DNA of 64,000 nucleotides from Rhina ancylostomus (taxonomy: Eukaryota), in contig JARFYF010000052.1 of assembly GCA_030265395.1 (NCBI GenBank), positions 126,748,862 to 126,812,861 of the forward strand, read 5' to 3'. Position numbers and translations under genes: made by a program. This document shows, one piece after another, positions 1 to 11,760 of the stretch. The notes under the pieces were generated by a model. It worked only from the letters and a program-made list of their open reading frames with translations. It did not search any database and was not told the DNA's origin. Positions within the stretch are counted from its first letter, which is position 1. The number at the start of each line of letters is the position of its first letter.

Positions 1-1239
1 AATTCTATGTCATCTACAGCATTTCCAATGTTATGTAGATTTGCTGCTTGTGATTCTTCAGAGAGGCTGACTCCTCCTGTTATATGGATGATGGTTTCCC
101 TCAAATATATTATTCATTGTCATTAACAAGTAACATCAGTAGATTATTTCACCATGGGGCTCCATTGGAACCCAAAATGGATTGATCAGGAGTGGGAAAT
201 CTGCCAATGTTAGTTTCTCAGCTTCAGTCCTGATCAATCAGTTCAGGATTCGTTCTAAGACTAATGTGGTCTTTATGTCTCAGTTATTCATTGAAGAAAC
301 TTGCCAAACCATTTGGGAGCCTACTGGTGTCAATAACTTCATCAAATCTGTTCCCCCCTTGGCAACATTAATTCTAACAATTTAAACAATACTAAAAGAA
401 ACTAGAAAAGATAGCAATAATGTTAAAATCTTAAGATTTCTAAAAGTGGTGCTGTGAAGCATCCTCTAAAAATGGCACAGAGGAATCAAACTACCCGCTT
501 GAATCTCTAATAACCTTGTTATATAGAATAGATGTCTTTAAAAATCAGTTCCTAAACAAATGGTTCACTAACCCTGAAGCTCATTCCTGTCTTCAGATTG
601 TCACTCTGTCACTGAAGGTGCTGTACACCACAGCAAAGCCACAAATGTTCCTGCATAATGCCAACATTATTTGTGAAATTGTGATAAAGGTTCATGAAAC
701 CATTACACACAGATACATATTTGCAGAGGTATGACTATTCTCTTGAGGCCACAGGCAGATTATTGATGTGGAGTAATATTTGTCCAGTAGTAACCACTAG
801 GTGGAGACAAACGACCAAATCATCAGGGGCTAAATTGGCTAGTCCCCAAAAACAGGAGCAGAGATCTGAATGTGTGTTTAACCTGTACACATTGATTGCA
901 ATGCAGGTAGCAAATCTACCCATTTTAATGATTGCTGTATACAGCCTTCACTAACTGTCATATTGATTGACTGCTTGTAAGAGGGTACCTGATAGCATCA
1001 ATTAAAGCTTGTTTAAATCCACTCTGCACTTCTGAAGTGGGAGTGCATTGTGGCAACAGAAGGTCTTGACAGTCATGCAGCAAGTAAATCTGTAGCAGAA
1101 AACACTAAAGAGCGTAATAACCAGAAAGAGCTTCAGGTTTGTAGAAACGGACACATGATCATGTATGCACAACAACTCCGCAGTGCTCTTTCTAGGCCTG
1201 AGCGTTTCAGTTTCTTAATTATGTTATGAGATGAGAGAT

Positions 1240-1530
1240 GAGCTATCTTTATTAGGGACATGTACATCGAAACATACAGTGAAATGCATCTTTTGCATCG
1301 AGTGCTCTTGGGGGCAGCCTGCAAATGTCGTCACATTTCTGGTGCCAATATATCACGCCCCCAACTTCCTAACCCGTACGTCTTTGCAATGTGGGAGGAA
1401 ACCGGAGCACCCGGAAGAAACCCACACAGACACGGGGAGAATGTACAAACTTCTTACAGACAGCGACCAGAATTGAACCTAGGTCACTGGCAGTCTAAAG
1501 CGTTACGCTAACCACTACACTACCGTGTTT
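1240..1530 (-). mobile_element. V-SINE-type tRNA-derived SINE
   Basis: Reverse-strand V-domain (tgtgggaggaaaccggagcacccggaagaaacccacacagacacggggagaatgtacaaac), tRNA-like head near 1470-1525, and a tail (tttattag..acatgtacatcgaaacatacagtgaaatgcatc) shared with 4590-4655. Confidence 0.85.
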
Positions 1531-2034
1531 GGGATTGTGTCACTTTCTCCCTCTTTCCCAAGGATCTGTTCTTTTCTTTCTGGTCCCCAGTCTTCACCTG
1601 TGTTCTTAGCTATCCCTCTGCCCATCCTTCTGCTTCTCCTTCTTACTACCCATTTTGAGCTGCTATTATCTCCTCCCTCCCCATTTCCTGTCCCTGATCC
1701 CCTTTCCCTTAATAGGCAAGCATTTGGCAATGGGGGGCAGTGGAGTTTGCCTTCTGCACGACAAGGTTCAGGCTCAGCAGCATGGTAAGATGGGAAAGTT
1801 TGGGTGTTAGATGGATCAGGTTCTATGAGATCACTGACTATTTCATTACTTCCAATATTCTTAAGCCAAGGAAAGTGAGCATATGATGTTCCGATGATGA
1901 TCTAACGAGGTTTTTAATCGCTGAAATAACAGCCCATTTCACTCCCTTTCAGATGTTGATAGGCTTGTTATGAAGTTTACATCACTCTCATTGGCTTTCT
2001 TGATGTCAATCCATTTGACTTCACACAAAGACAA

Positions 2035-2912
2035 GACTTGTATTTACAATGTTACCTTTCATGACCTCAGGATGTCATGAAACACTTTATGGTCAACAGT
2101 ATATCTGAAATATAATCACGGTCATAATGTGCAAAACGGCGCAGATAATTTATACGGAACAACTGATGAGGAGAGACTGGATAGGTCCTCTTTGTGTTCC
2201 TTTGAATGGAGGAAGCTGAGTGGTCCTGATTCAGATATACAAAGTTATGAAGGGCGTAGATAGGGTAGACAGCAGGAGGCTTTTCCCCATAGCAGAAGTA
2301 TCTAAAACTAGAGGCGATGGGTTGAGGGTAAGGGGTAGGAGGTTTAGGGTGAACCTGAGAAAGAATTTCTTTTATATCCAGAAGGTGGTTGGAACCTGGA
2401 ACACACTGCCTGAGAGGACAGTGGAGGCAGGACTCTCACAGCATTTAAGAAGTATCTCAATGAGCTCTTGAATTGCCAACGTATAAAAGGCTAAGGATCA
2501 AGTGCCGGTAAAAGGGATTTGTATAGCTGAGTAATTGATAGTCCTAGTGGACATCGTGGTCTGAAGAGCCTATTTCTAAACTCTATGACTCTATGTCTCC
2601 AAGCGCACACAGATGGCAATGTGATAATTGCCTGGTAATTTGTTTTATAATTTATCAGTTGAAGCATAAATATTCAAGTTATGCTTGAACTCAAAGTTCA
2701 AGAGTACTCAAATCCGAGGCTTTTCCTCAAAATGATGTCATGCAGTTATTGACACCCACCCAAAGGGGCAGACGGGGCCTGGGTCTAATCAAAAGCAGCA
2801 AAAGGCATAACCTCCTATGGTGGTGCATTGGAAATTGAGACCGGATGTTTACGCTCAAGTATCTGGAGAAGGATTTGAACCCACAATTGATAACAATATA
2901 TCAACTGAGCCA
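2035..2912 (-). mobile_element. Deu-SINE (SacSINE1-like), split by a CR1 fragment
   Basis: Tail cttgtattt...cctttcatgacctcaggatgtc at 2037-2160. The body resumes at ~2600 with aggggcagacggggcct and ends in a tRNA-head-like ggatttgaacccaca...actgagcc. Confidence 0.65.
2165..2597 (+). mobile_element. CR1-type LINE 3' fragment
   Basis: ORF 2220-2471 (LIQIYKVMKGVDRVDSRRLFP...RKNFF..KVVGTWNTLPE) resembles the CR1 ORF2 C-terminus. It ends in ctctatgactctatg tail repeats. Confidence 0.85.
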
Positions 2913-4024
2913 TTGAGCAGGAGTCAAGCAAGTGATGGGATAGAGTGAAACTAGAGGGAGACCCTTGAAGAAGAGTTTAATAAATAAATTCTGAGGCAAG
3001 ATGGGAGCAAAGTTCAGGGGTAGGAATTCTGAGGACAAGAAAGATACTTGGAATGCACATATAAGCTCAATTACTTTAATATATTGTTATAAATCAAAGG
3101 TACAGTTCCTAAGCTATAAAATAATAGTTATGTAGAATTAGACCATGCTCAAATATAATCCAGTGATTTAGCAGCCTGGTAATTTATCTTACCAACAGAG
3201 CAAACCTCAACATCAACCTGTGAGGCGTGGTCAGGATTTTATATGTTTCAGTAAGGTCACCCCTCATTCTTCTAAACTCCAAAGAATACTGACCCAAACT
3301 GTTTAGGCTCTCTTGGCATTACAACCCTTTCATCCCAGGAACATGTCTGCAGCAGTCCAACTCCTCTCATTAGGAATGTAGGTCAGATATCATTGATTGA
3401 TAGAATCTTGCAGTTTACAGGGAGGCCATTCAGCCTAGCATTTCTAAACTGGTTCTTTGAAAGGGCTCTTCAATTAGTCTCACTCCCCTGTGCTTTCCAC
3501 AAAGCCCTGAAATTTGCTCATCACCCCTTCAAGAATTTATCAATTTACCTGTGAATGTTACCAATAAATCAGTTTCCACCATCTTCCCAGACATTACAAT
3601 CTGGATTATTTAAACTTGTTAAGTAAAACAATTTCTCCTCATCTCATCTCTGGGTCTTTTGCCATGCTTTGGGTGAATTTCTGAATTGAGATCTTTTACA
3701 ACGCACACCCACGAGTAACGCCCACCAGTACTACATTCTGAATTCATGAAACAACGACAATTGTCCCTTTTATTGGGACCTGATAACAGTCCAAAGTGAG
3801 GTGCACAGGACTTCAGGTTGGCTGATTTCACTATTTGTGAGCATGTCTGAGGAGGATAAACTAATGCCATTAGGATCTTAATACCGTGCTGAAGGACGAG
3901 AGGGAGACAGTAATCTGCCCTTGTTACAGGCTGAGCATGCTGTTGTGAATTCCCAACAGGAAAAGTTTACTGAAACTTGAAATGTCGTGCATTTGGTTGG
4001 AGACTCCTCTTTCTAAGGTATTAA

Positions 4025-4370
4025 TTTGGACAGCACAGTGGCACAGATAGTAGAGCTGCTGCCACACAACTCCACCACCCAGGTTCCACCTACTTTGCGT
4101 ACTACCTGAGTGAAGCTTGCACGTGCTCTCTTTGTCAGCATGGGTTTCCCTTGGGTATTCTGGTTCCTCCTACATCCCAAAGATGTGCTGGTGGTTTACT
4201 GGATACTGTAAAATTTCCCTTAGTGTAGGTGGGAGCCTGGAGAATAGTGGGGGCACATGAGGGAGTATAGTTTTCAGGGAGATACATGGGAATGGGACTG
4301 ATGGGTGTGCTCTAGCAGCTGACATTGACTCAGTGGGCTGAAAGGCAGCCTCCTGTATTGTAAGGATACA
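4025..4370 (+). mobile_element. V-SINE, degenerate
   Basis: Head gcacagtggcacagatagtagagctgctgcc, V-domain tgggtttcc..gggtattctggttcctcctacatcccaaaga, CR1-like tail gggctgaaaggc. Confidence 0.75.
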
Positions 4371-4704
4371 TGAGAAACCTCAACCTTATGTAATTCAGCA
4401 CCCTGTCCTCCATCCCAGGTAGCAGTGTATATTAGGTCCAGGGCAATATTAGATGGTTCAGATTTCTCAAACCAGACATTTGGGCTGAACATAACATTGT
4501 TATATTGTCTAACAAGTGTCTCATTACATTATACCTTTTGGTCACTGCGACGTTTGAGTTTCAGCATACAAATGCATGAGTATTCTCCTAAGGTTGTATG
4601 CAAAAGATGCATTTCACTGTGTGTTTCGATGTGCATGTGACTAATAAAGATATCTTAAAGTTGTTCAGTGTTTTATTATTTAGTCCAAGTATGAGCATAT
4701 TTTG

Positions 4705-4866
4705 GAGACACAAGAGACTGCAGATGTTGGAATCTGGAGCAACAAACAATCTGCTGAAGGAACCCGGCGGGTCTGATACAGGGTTTTGACCTGAAACCGA
4801 CAGTTTCTTTCCCCCCACCGATGCTGCTCAACCCACTGAGTTCCTCCATCAGATTGTTTGTTGTTC
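4705..4866. mobile_element. Penelope-terminus-derived short element with inverted arms and a degenerate hammerhead core
   Basis: Starts gagactgcagatgttggaatctggagc, as do related copies at 6718-6853, 20618-20790 and 24372-24460. Arms 4737-4772 and 4831-4866 are inverted repeats (30/36 identical). Confidence 0.65.
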
Positions 4867-5739
4867 TTGAATGTTCTGTCAATATTTCAATTAAACATTA
4901 TAATTAGGCTGCGGAGGGGGAGAGGTATGGGAAAGGGAACAAAAAATGGGAAGACTGGNNNNNNNNNNNNNNNNNNNNNNNNNNNNNNNNNNNNNTTACC
5001 TGAAATTGGAAAATCCAATGTTCATAACTAAACTGACTTTATTCCCTGTACATTAAACTTCTTCCATCTACAAATTTCAATTTTACTCTCAAAGCAATTG
5101 GAACCGTCTATCATTAAGAGTATAACCTACCATATTAATACAATAACTGGGTCACATGAATCACTAATTCAGGTTTACAAATATGTAACATCATTTATGG
5201 GGACAAATTGATCCAAGCACATTTCCTGACAAGAAATATTACATTTGAAAGCTCTTCAAATGAGCATGTAAAGTACTTCAGTCCTTTGCTTCAGATCTCA
5301 GCAGTTCATCAAATTTAATCCTTAAATGCTTTACTATTTATGTTTGTCTTTACTGTGTGCCATAAAAGTGTCTGTCACAAGGCAGTGTCTGACTTGCAAT
5401 AGGCCACGGAATTTTGTACAGCAGTCGACTTGGCAGCATGTAGTTTAAACAGTGTAATCATTGAAATAAAGAGCCTCATTAAGATTGTGTTTTCTCCCTT
5501 CGGATGGCAACAATGCTCTCATCTATTTGGTACTGCAAGGTTCAGTAGACTGAATGGCTATTTTATTACGGCGAAGTTACAGATATAATGAGTTCTGAAT
5601 TACAGGTACAATCAAAAATGTTCCTGTGATGCTGCTGCAAGCAGGTTTTTCACTGAACCTGTACCCTACCGTGCTTGTACACATGACAATAAACTCAACC
5701 GTTGTATTGCATCCTATCATTGTTTCATATTTCCTTAGA

Positions 5740-6035
5740 ATATAAAAGAAGGCCATTCAGCTCATTAAGTCTATGCTTGCTTTCAGAACAATTGCATCAA
5801 TTCCATTCCCTTTGTTCTCACATGCCCATCAACTCCACCCTCACTCTCCAACCACCTACCCACACTAGGGTTACTTACAGTAATCGATTAACATACCAGC
5901 ACATCTTTGGGATGTGGGAGAAAACCAGAGCATCCAGGGGAAGCCAACATGATCACTGGGAGAATATATGAACTCCACATAGACAGCACTGGAGAGCAGG
6001 ATCGAACTCAGGTCACTGTAGGTGGGAAGCACCAG
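5740..6035 (-). mobile_element. V-SINE, degenerate
   Basis: ctttgggatgtgggagaaaaccagagcatccaggggaagcc...gggagaatatatgaactccacatagacagcac...ggatcgaactcagg. Confidence 0.75.
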
Positions 6036-6574
6036 GACAACCAGTTGTTGTCATTATGTTGCCCCCTGCAGCCCCTGAAGCCACGCTGCAACAATAAGGA
6101 ATGGATAGGTAGTGAGACAGAGTTCCACATGAATGAACTGTTCTGTCCAGGATGGGACTGGCATGGTGACTTGGTCCATTCAGATAAGTGGAGATGATTT
6201 TATTGCATAACTTGCTGTAGTCTTGCTGACGATGCAAAGGCTTTAAGAAAGCCAATTATTACAGATTACACGGCCTTTGCCAATGTATTGACCTGACTTC
6301 CCTAATTCATTCCACATTCCCTGTGATATTTAGGGAGGAGAAGGCACATTAGTCATGTTGTTGAAGATCAAGAGGAGAAACATTGCTCTTGAACAAGGTG
6401 GTCACTTCCAGGCACTTATGAGCTGTAGATATTATCCAGCACGTTGAACCATAGACTTTAGCTGGGTCTTGCTGTTAGCAGGTTTGGGCTACTTCAAACT
6501 TGAAGGAGATATGAATGGAGCATGTGAAGTATGCTGCTCTTGATCTTGTGACCAAGGGAATATCATTGAATACC

Positions 6575-6853
6575 TGGGAACAACATCTTATATTCTACCT
6601 TGGGAGTCTCCAACCTGNNNNNNNNNNNNNNNNNNNNNNNNNNNNNNNNNNNNNNNNNNNNNNNNNNNNNNNNNNNNNNNNNNNNNNNNNNNNNNNNNNN
6701 NNNNNNNNNNNNNNNNNAGTCCTGATGAAAGGTCTCGGCTCCAAACGTCGACTGTTTATTTCCCTCCATGAACGCTGCCTGACCTGCTGAGTTCCTCCAG
6801 CACCTTTTGTGTTTTGCTCCAGATTCCAGCATCTGCAGAATTTCTTGTGTCTC
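6575..6853 (+). mobile_element. Penelope-like retroelement 3' remnant (GIY-YIG endonuclease C-terminus plus terminal repeat with hammerhead motif)
   Basis: 6575-6616 encodes WEQHLIFYLGSLQP, similar to the (L)EEQHLIFRLGxLQPxGxN end of Penelope-type ORFs. After a 100-N gap comes AGTC-CTGATGA-...-AAAC-GTC-GACT, then the shared terminal segment ctgctgagttcctccagc...ccagattccagcatctgcag. Confidence 0.7.
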
Positions 6854-7574
6854 CAATATTGTTAATGAATGAGCTGAAGCCATCTTCCAAAGGATTTCCT
6901 GCAGTCACATCCTGGGACTGCAAAGAGCAGCTTCTAATGAATACAACCATCAGGTATGGTTTCAACAACTGGGGAGCTGTGTTAATTTTCACACTCGATG
7001 CTACAGTCAGAAAAATGCAGTCTTGATATCAAGGAAAGTGACTCCACCCTGATTCTCCAACCACCTACCTACACTAGGAGTATCTACAGTAATCAATTAA
7101 CCTACCAGCTTATTTTTGGGATGTGGGAGGAAACCAGAGCATTTCTCTCTCCTTTGACATACAACTCTTTTGTGACTTTAGCTGGAATTGAATAGTTTTG
7201 GGGAACCTGAACTGAGTCTTGCTGAGAAGGCTATTGGTGAATAGACGATACTTTGCAGCACAGTAAATTACTCCTTCAACTACTTCACATAGTGATTTAG
7301 AAGAAGTCATTATCAGATTGCCTAGTTTTAGCTGTGGAGTTCTTTTAAGAAAATCAATCTCCTTAACAAAGGGAACAGGAACAGGAACAGGGATCTTGAA
7401 AATTAAACCTGCATTGAAAGCTCTGTGCAAGTCAATGTGAGTTCAATACTGGGAAGCCACTTCATTGTGAAGTACGTGAGCACTTGTAATGCTGGTGCCA
7501 GGAGAGGCATGGAGAGTAAACAGATTGCAATGCTGGACAATATGCAAGGTTGACACTCATTTAACCAAAGGGCA

Positions 7575-7945
7575 CAGGGTAACACAATGGCGCAGATTGT
7601 AGAGCCACAGTCTCGCAGCACCAGAGATCTGAGTCCAGTCCTGACCTCAGATGCTGTCTGTGTGGAATCTGGACATTCTCCCTGTGACTGCTTAGGTTTT
7701 CTCTGGGTTTTCTGGTTTCCTCCTACCTCCCAAAGGAGTGCAGACAGTAGGCTAATTAGCCATTGCAAATTAATCCTTGTACATAGGTGAGTGGTAGAAT
7801 CCAACAGATGTTGATAAGAATGTGGGAAAATAAAATTGGATGAGTGCAAGATTAGTGCAAAAATGGTTGGCTTACAGTTGGTGTGGACTTGGTGGGTTGC
7901 AGGGCCTGTTTCCATGCCATAGGTCTTTAGGACTCTATGACTCAA
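7575..7945 (+). mobile_element. V-SINE with CR1-like tail
   Basis: Head acaatggcgcagattgtagagcc...gagtccagtcctgacctcag, V-domain gtgtggaatctggacattctccctgtgactgc, tail gggcctgtttccatgc...actctatgactc. Confidence 0.8.
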
Positions 7946-8023
7946 ACTAGACCTTATTACGTCAGTCAACGCCATGCGCCAGTTGCTAATTGATTTCCAC
8001 TGGTTGATGATTTGATTCGGTTA

Positions 8024-8375
8024 GTCATAGAGTCATACAGCACAGAAATGGGCCCTTCGGCCCAGCTGGTCCATGCTGACCAAGATTTCCATCTAAGCTA
8101 GTCCCATTTGCCCACATTTGGCTCATATCTCTCTAAACCTTTCCTATCCATCTACCTGTCCAAGTACATTGTAAATATTGTTAATGTGCCTGTCTCAACC
8201 ACTTCCTCTGGCAGCTCATTCCATATACTGATCACCTTCTGACTGAAAAAGTTTTCCCTCAGGGTCCTATTAAATCTCTCCCCCTCACCTTAAACCTCTG
8301 CCCTCTAGTTTTAGATTTCCCAGCCCTGGGAAAAAGACTGTGCACATTGACCCTATCTATGCCCCTCATGATTTT
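8024..8375 (-). mobile_element. CR1-type LINE 3' end
   Basis: gtcatagagtcatacagcacagaaatgggcccttcggccc...ccacttcctctggcagctcattcc...ccctatctatgcccctcatgatttta is the reverse complement of a CR1 ORF2 end plus 3' UTR. Confidence 0.85.
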
Positions 8376-9859
8376 AGCTTTGAACATTCCACAAACCTTT
8401 AGCATTGCTAACACCTAGAGGAAGGGTGGCAACACTGAAGGAATTTGTTTTGCTTCAATATTTTGGATAAATGATTTCTGAAAATTGTGCGGGAGAAGGG
8501 AGGGAGACAGCACTCCTTGTGGATCATTAGGGAACTACAGATAGTGGATTAAACGCCAGCACTTGCTGTCAGTTTCAGGGTGAGATCACAACAAAAGCGA
8601 ACAGTTCTGCCATCATTACAACGGCCAAACTTGGGCCATAAATTTACAGAAAGTGATAAATTATCACCAAAAATGTCACTTTTCAAGCGCGTTCAACTCT
8701 TACTGATTCTTCTGTTAAATTTTATCCTGGAGTCATGAAATAATTGCCATTGGAAGTTATTCAATCTGTAACATCCCATGTCAAATGAAAAGACTTTCTT
8801 ATGATCAATATAACACAGAAAGAGGCTATTTGGTCCATCAAGCTCTTGCTGATTATTTTGTTACTTTCTTTGGAACCCTGCAGCCTTTTTCCATTTAAGA
8901 AATTACCTAATTCCCTTTTGATTGTATGTTTGAACCTTCTTCTGTCGCCCTTTCAGACAACATATTCTAGGTTATAATTATTTAATGCATGAAGATTTTT
9001 TTCCTGCTGCCTTTGATTGTGGAGCTGCAGCTTGGTTTGTTTGCCAGTAATTCTTAACACACCCATGAATTTATTATGCTGTATTCTTGCTGCAAGACCC
9101 ATACTGTAATTATTATGAATTGTCCCCTTCTGTTGGAAAGCCGTGACTACCACAAACTGTACAATTCATCTTATAACCAAGTTTTAATATCAAATAATCT
9201 ATTTTTTTAAAATCCAGCAATTTCTGATTAAGTGAAACTTACCCATGTGAGTTAGCATGCAGGTTCTTTGTCTGATTTTGGTACTGAGGTATGCTCAAGA
9301 AAAAGGTCCAAGCTTGAATACACTTTGCTGAGTGAGCAAATCTCTTAGCCCTGATCAATATCATCTAAAACCAGTTTGGCTGCTAATTAATTTCACTCAT
9401 GCTGTGGCTGCTGCAATTATTTGCATAATGACGGACAATGCATTTCGATATATTCTTTGAGGGAGTGCAAGGTATGATACGAATCCAAGTATTAAAATAA
9501 AAGAGCCTTTATTTCTATCGTGCTTTTCACCACTTCAGGAATCTCCAATGCATTTTTACATCCAGTGCAGTATACAATTTTCTGATGTGGAGTTGATGAT
9601 CAACAACAATGAGATAAGGGCTGTAGAATTAGAGGTTCTTATGTGCTTTCATTTGAGAGTTACCTTACATGGAACAGCAGGCAGAATGTCATTGTTCTTC
9701 AAATAGTGCAGGGGGATCGACTGCATCCACCTGAGAGATGGATGTGAAGACTGAACTGTGGCTAAATGTGATATACTAAAGGTAGTGTAGTGTATGTGTC
9801 TCATGTGATATCAGCTCATGGACAATTACTGTTGCGTTAATGTTGTTATGCCTTTAATG

Positions 9860-11760
9860 ACTGCACAACTCAAAGATGAACATGCAGATATTTTTTGTGG
9901 AACAGAAAAACGAGAATACCATCAAGTCATAAATGAGAGATGGAGACAGTAGTACACGTATTGTTCCATTGGCTCTCATGGAAAAATATTAAAGCCAACT
10001 TGGAGTGACTGACTAAAGCAGCGATTATAGTCATTGATAGATATGCCTACTCCCTGGGTTTACACTTTGGTGCATATTGAGAAAATAAGTGGTAAGCTGA
10101 GAATTTGCTTAGTCCCAAGAGACCTGAATGGAGCTGAAAAGAAGTCACACCCCTGTAATAACGGTAGAAGATGTTTTGCCAGAGCCGAGCAGAGTAAAAA
10201 CTTTCAGTGTACTTAATGCAAGGAATGTGTACCGTGAAACTTGTTGAGGAGATCTTACATTTAATGCACCAGAGGCTAGAAACCATTTGGAGTCAATTCA
10301 GCACCAGAGGACTTTCATTGAAGGATGAATGTTTCACTTGAATGTTTCAGTTGGATAAAGACCATTGCAATTGATACATTGGACCTTGGAGAAAGAGAAG
10401 TAGTGGAAGATGTAGAATTAAATCCAGACTGAAAGCTGGGAGCTCTGATAAGCAGTTGCAGGAAGAAGCAACTGAATTTGGCCAAACAAAAAGCAAGTCT
10501 TTTTTGTGGGTCGTTTCGTGATGGCTTGAAGCTGATCCAACAAATGTCAAGGCAATGAGGAGATGCGAAGGTTGTTGATGATATTTCAGGAATACATCAG
10601 TTTCTGGTGTTCTGAAGAAGCCCCTGCCCCATTAGTATGAGCTACGTGAGCCACTCAGATAAGTGACAAAGAAAGATGTGGAATATGATTGCACATGAGA
10701 AAAGGGTCAAACAAATCAGGGAAGCTGTCAGAGCAGAGATTGTGTTGAGATACCTTGATTAAAAGGAACTGAGAATGTAGACAAATCCCTCAGAAAAGGA
10801 CCCTAAAGCAATGACCATCCAAGGGGTCAGCCAATAATCTACACAAAAATGGATGCAGAAATGTGTCATGTACAGATTGAGAAGATATTTGCTGTGATTT
10901 TCAGACAGGAGAATTTCAGCAATGCACAAATGAGAGAACTTCATATNNNNNNNNNNNNNNNNNNNACTTGACACTGTTGCTATTGAATCCCTCCACAGAG
11001 CCTCAAGGAGGCTGCAAAGGCTTCTTGTGAGGATTCAGGACTACAATGTGTAGATCCTGTACTCACCGACTGAAGACAAGCATTGACTGATACATGCATT
11101 GACTGAGCTTATCTTAAGGACACAATGGATGCCAAGAATACTGAGCCAGAGATAATCAACATCTTCCGATACCTCAGCCTATGATGCTGGAGATAAAGGA
11201 GGCTACCACCTACGGTGCAGCTCCTGAAGTGAACGAATGAGACAGACTGAACCTGTTGTCGGACCGAATTGAGACAAGAACTCAGCATTCGAGATGATCT
11301 GATTTTTAGAGGTGAATGGATAAGTGTTTGCAATCTCCAAAGAAATGTCATGACCAAATCTGCTCACTCCTCACATTTGGGAGTGAATTTGTCTCCACAA
11401 AGTGGGAAAAGCCACCTAAATGGCCATGTGAAATCAGAGACTGTGTGCAGACGCATGTGACCTGCAGATCTCTAGAAAGGCACCAACCAAAGTAATCACT
11501 CCCTTGACATCAAATCCCAACCTGACTGTGAGCTAAAGTTAGGTCAGATTGGCAAACAGATGGAAAGGTAGAGAACACAATGAAGATGACCAAAGAACTG
11601 ATGAGGAAGGATAAACCATTGTAGTCAGATCCCTAACTGATCATCCACCCTTCTGCAACAGCCCAACAGAAGAGATGAAAGCAGCCCTGCGCAATAACTT
11701 CTAAATTGACAAACTAGTACCAGCAATGTTCTGTTTCCAACAGAGAGGCTGCTAAAATTA
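9860..11760 (+). pseudogene. Decayed Ty3/Gypsy LTR-retrotransposon pol (RT to integrase)
   Basis: Collinear fragments: PTPWVYTLVHIEKISGKLRICLVPRDLN (RT, ORF 10034), PFGVNSAPEDF (~10283), RQELSIRDDLIFRGEWI...HSSHLGVN (integrase zinc-finger region, ORF 11269) and GKVENTMKMTKELMRK (~11562, integrase core). Many stops and frameshifts. Confidence 0.8.

Noticed and set aside
1460-1530. tRNA-like A/B-box sequences here and in other SINE heads
   Set aside because: Degenerate SINE heads with no complete cloverleaf; not tRNA genes.
7403-7975. 190-aa minus-strand ORF
   Set aside because: Mostly the antisense of a V-SINE; no domain-like content.
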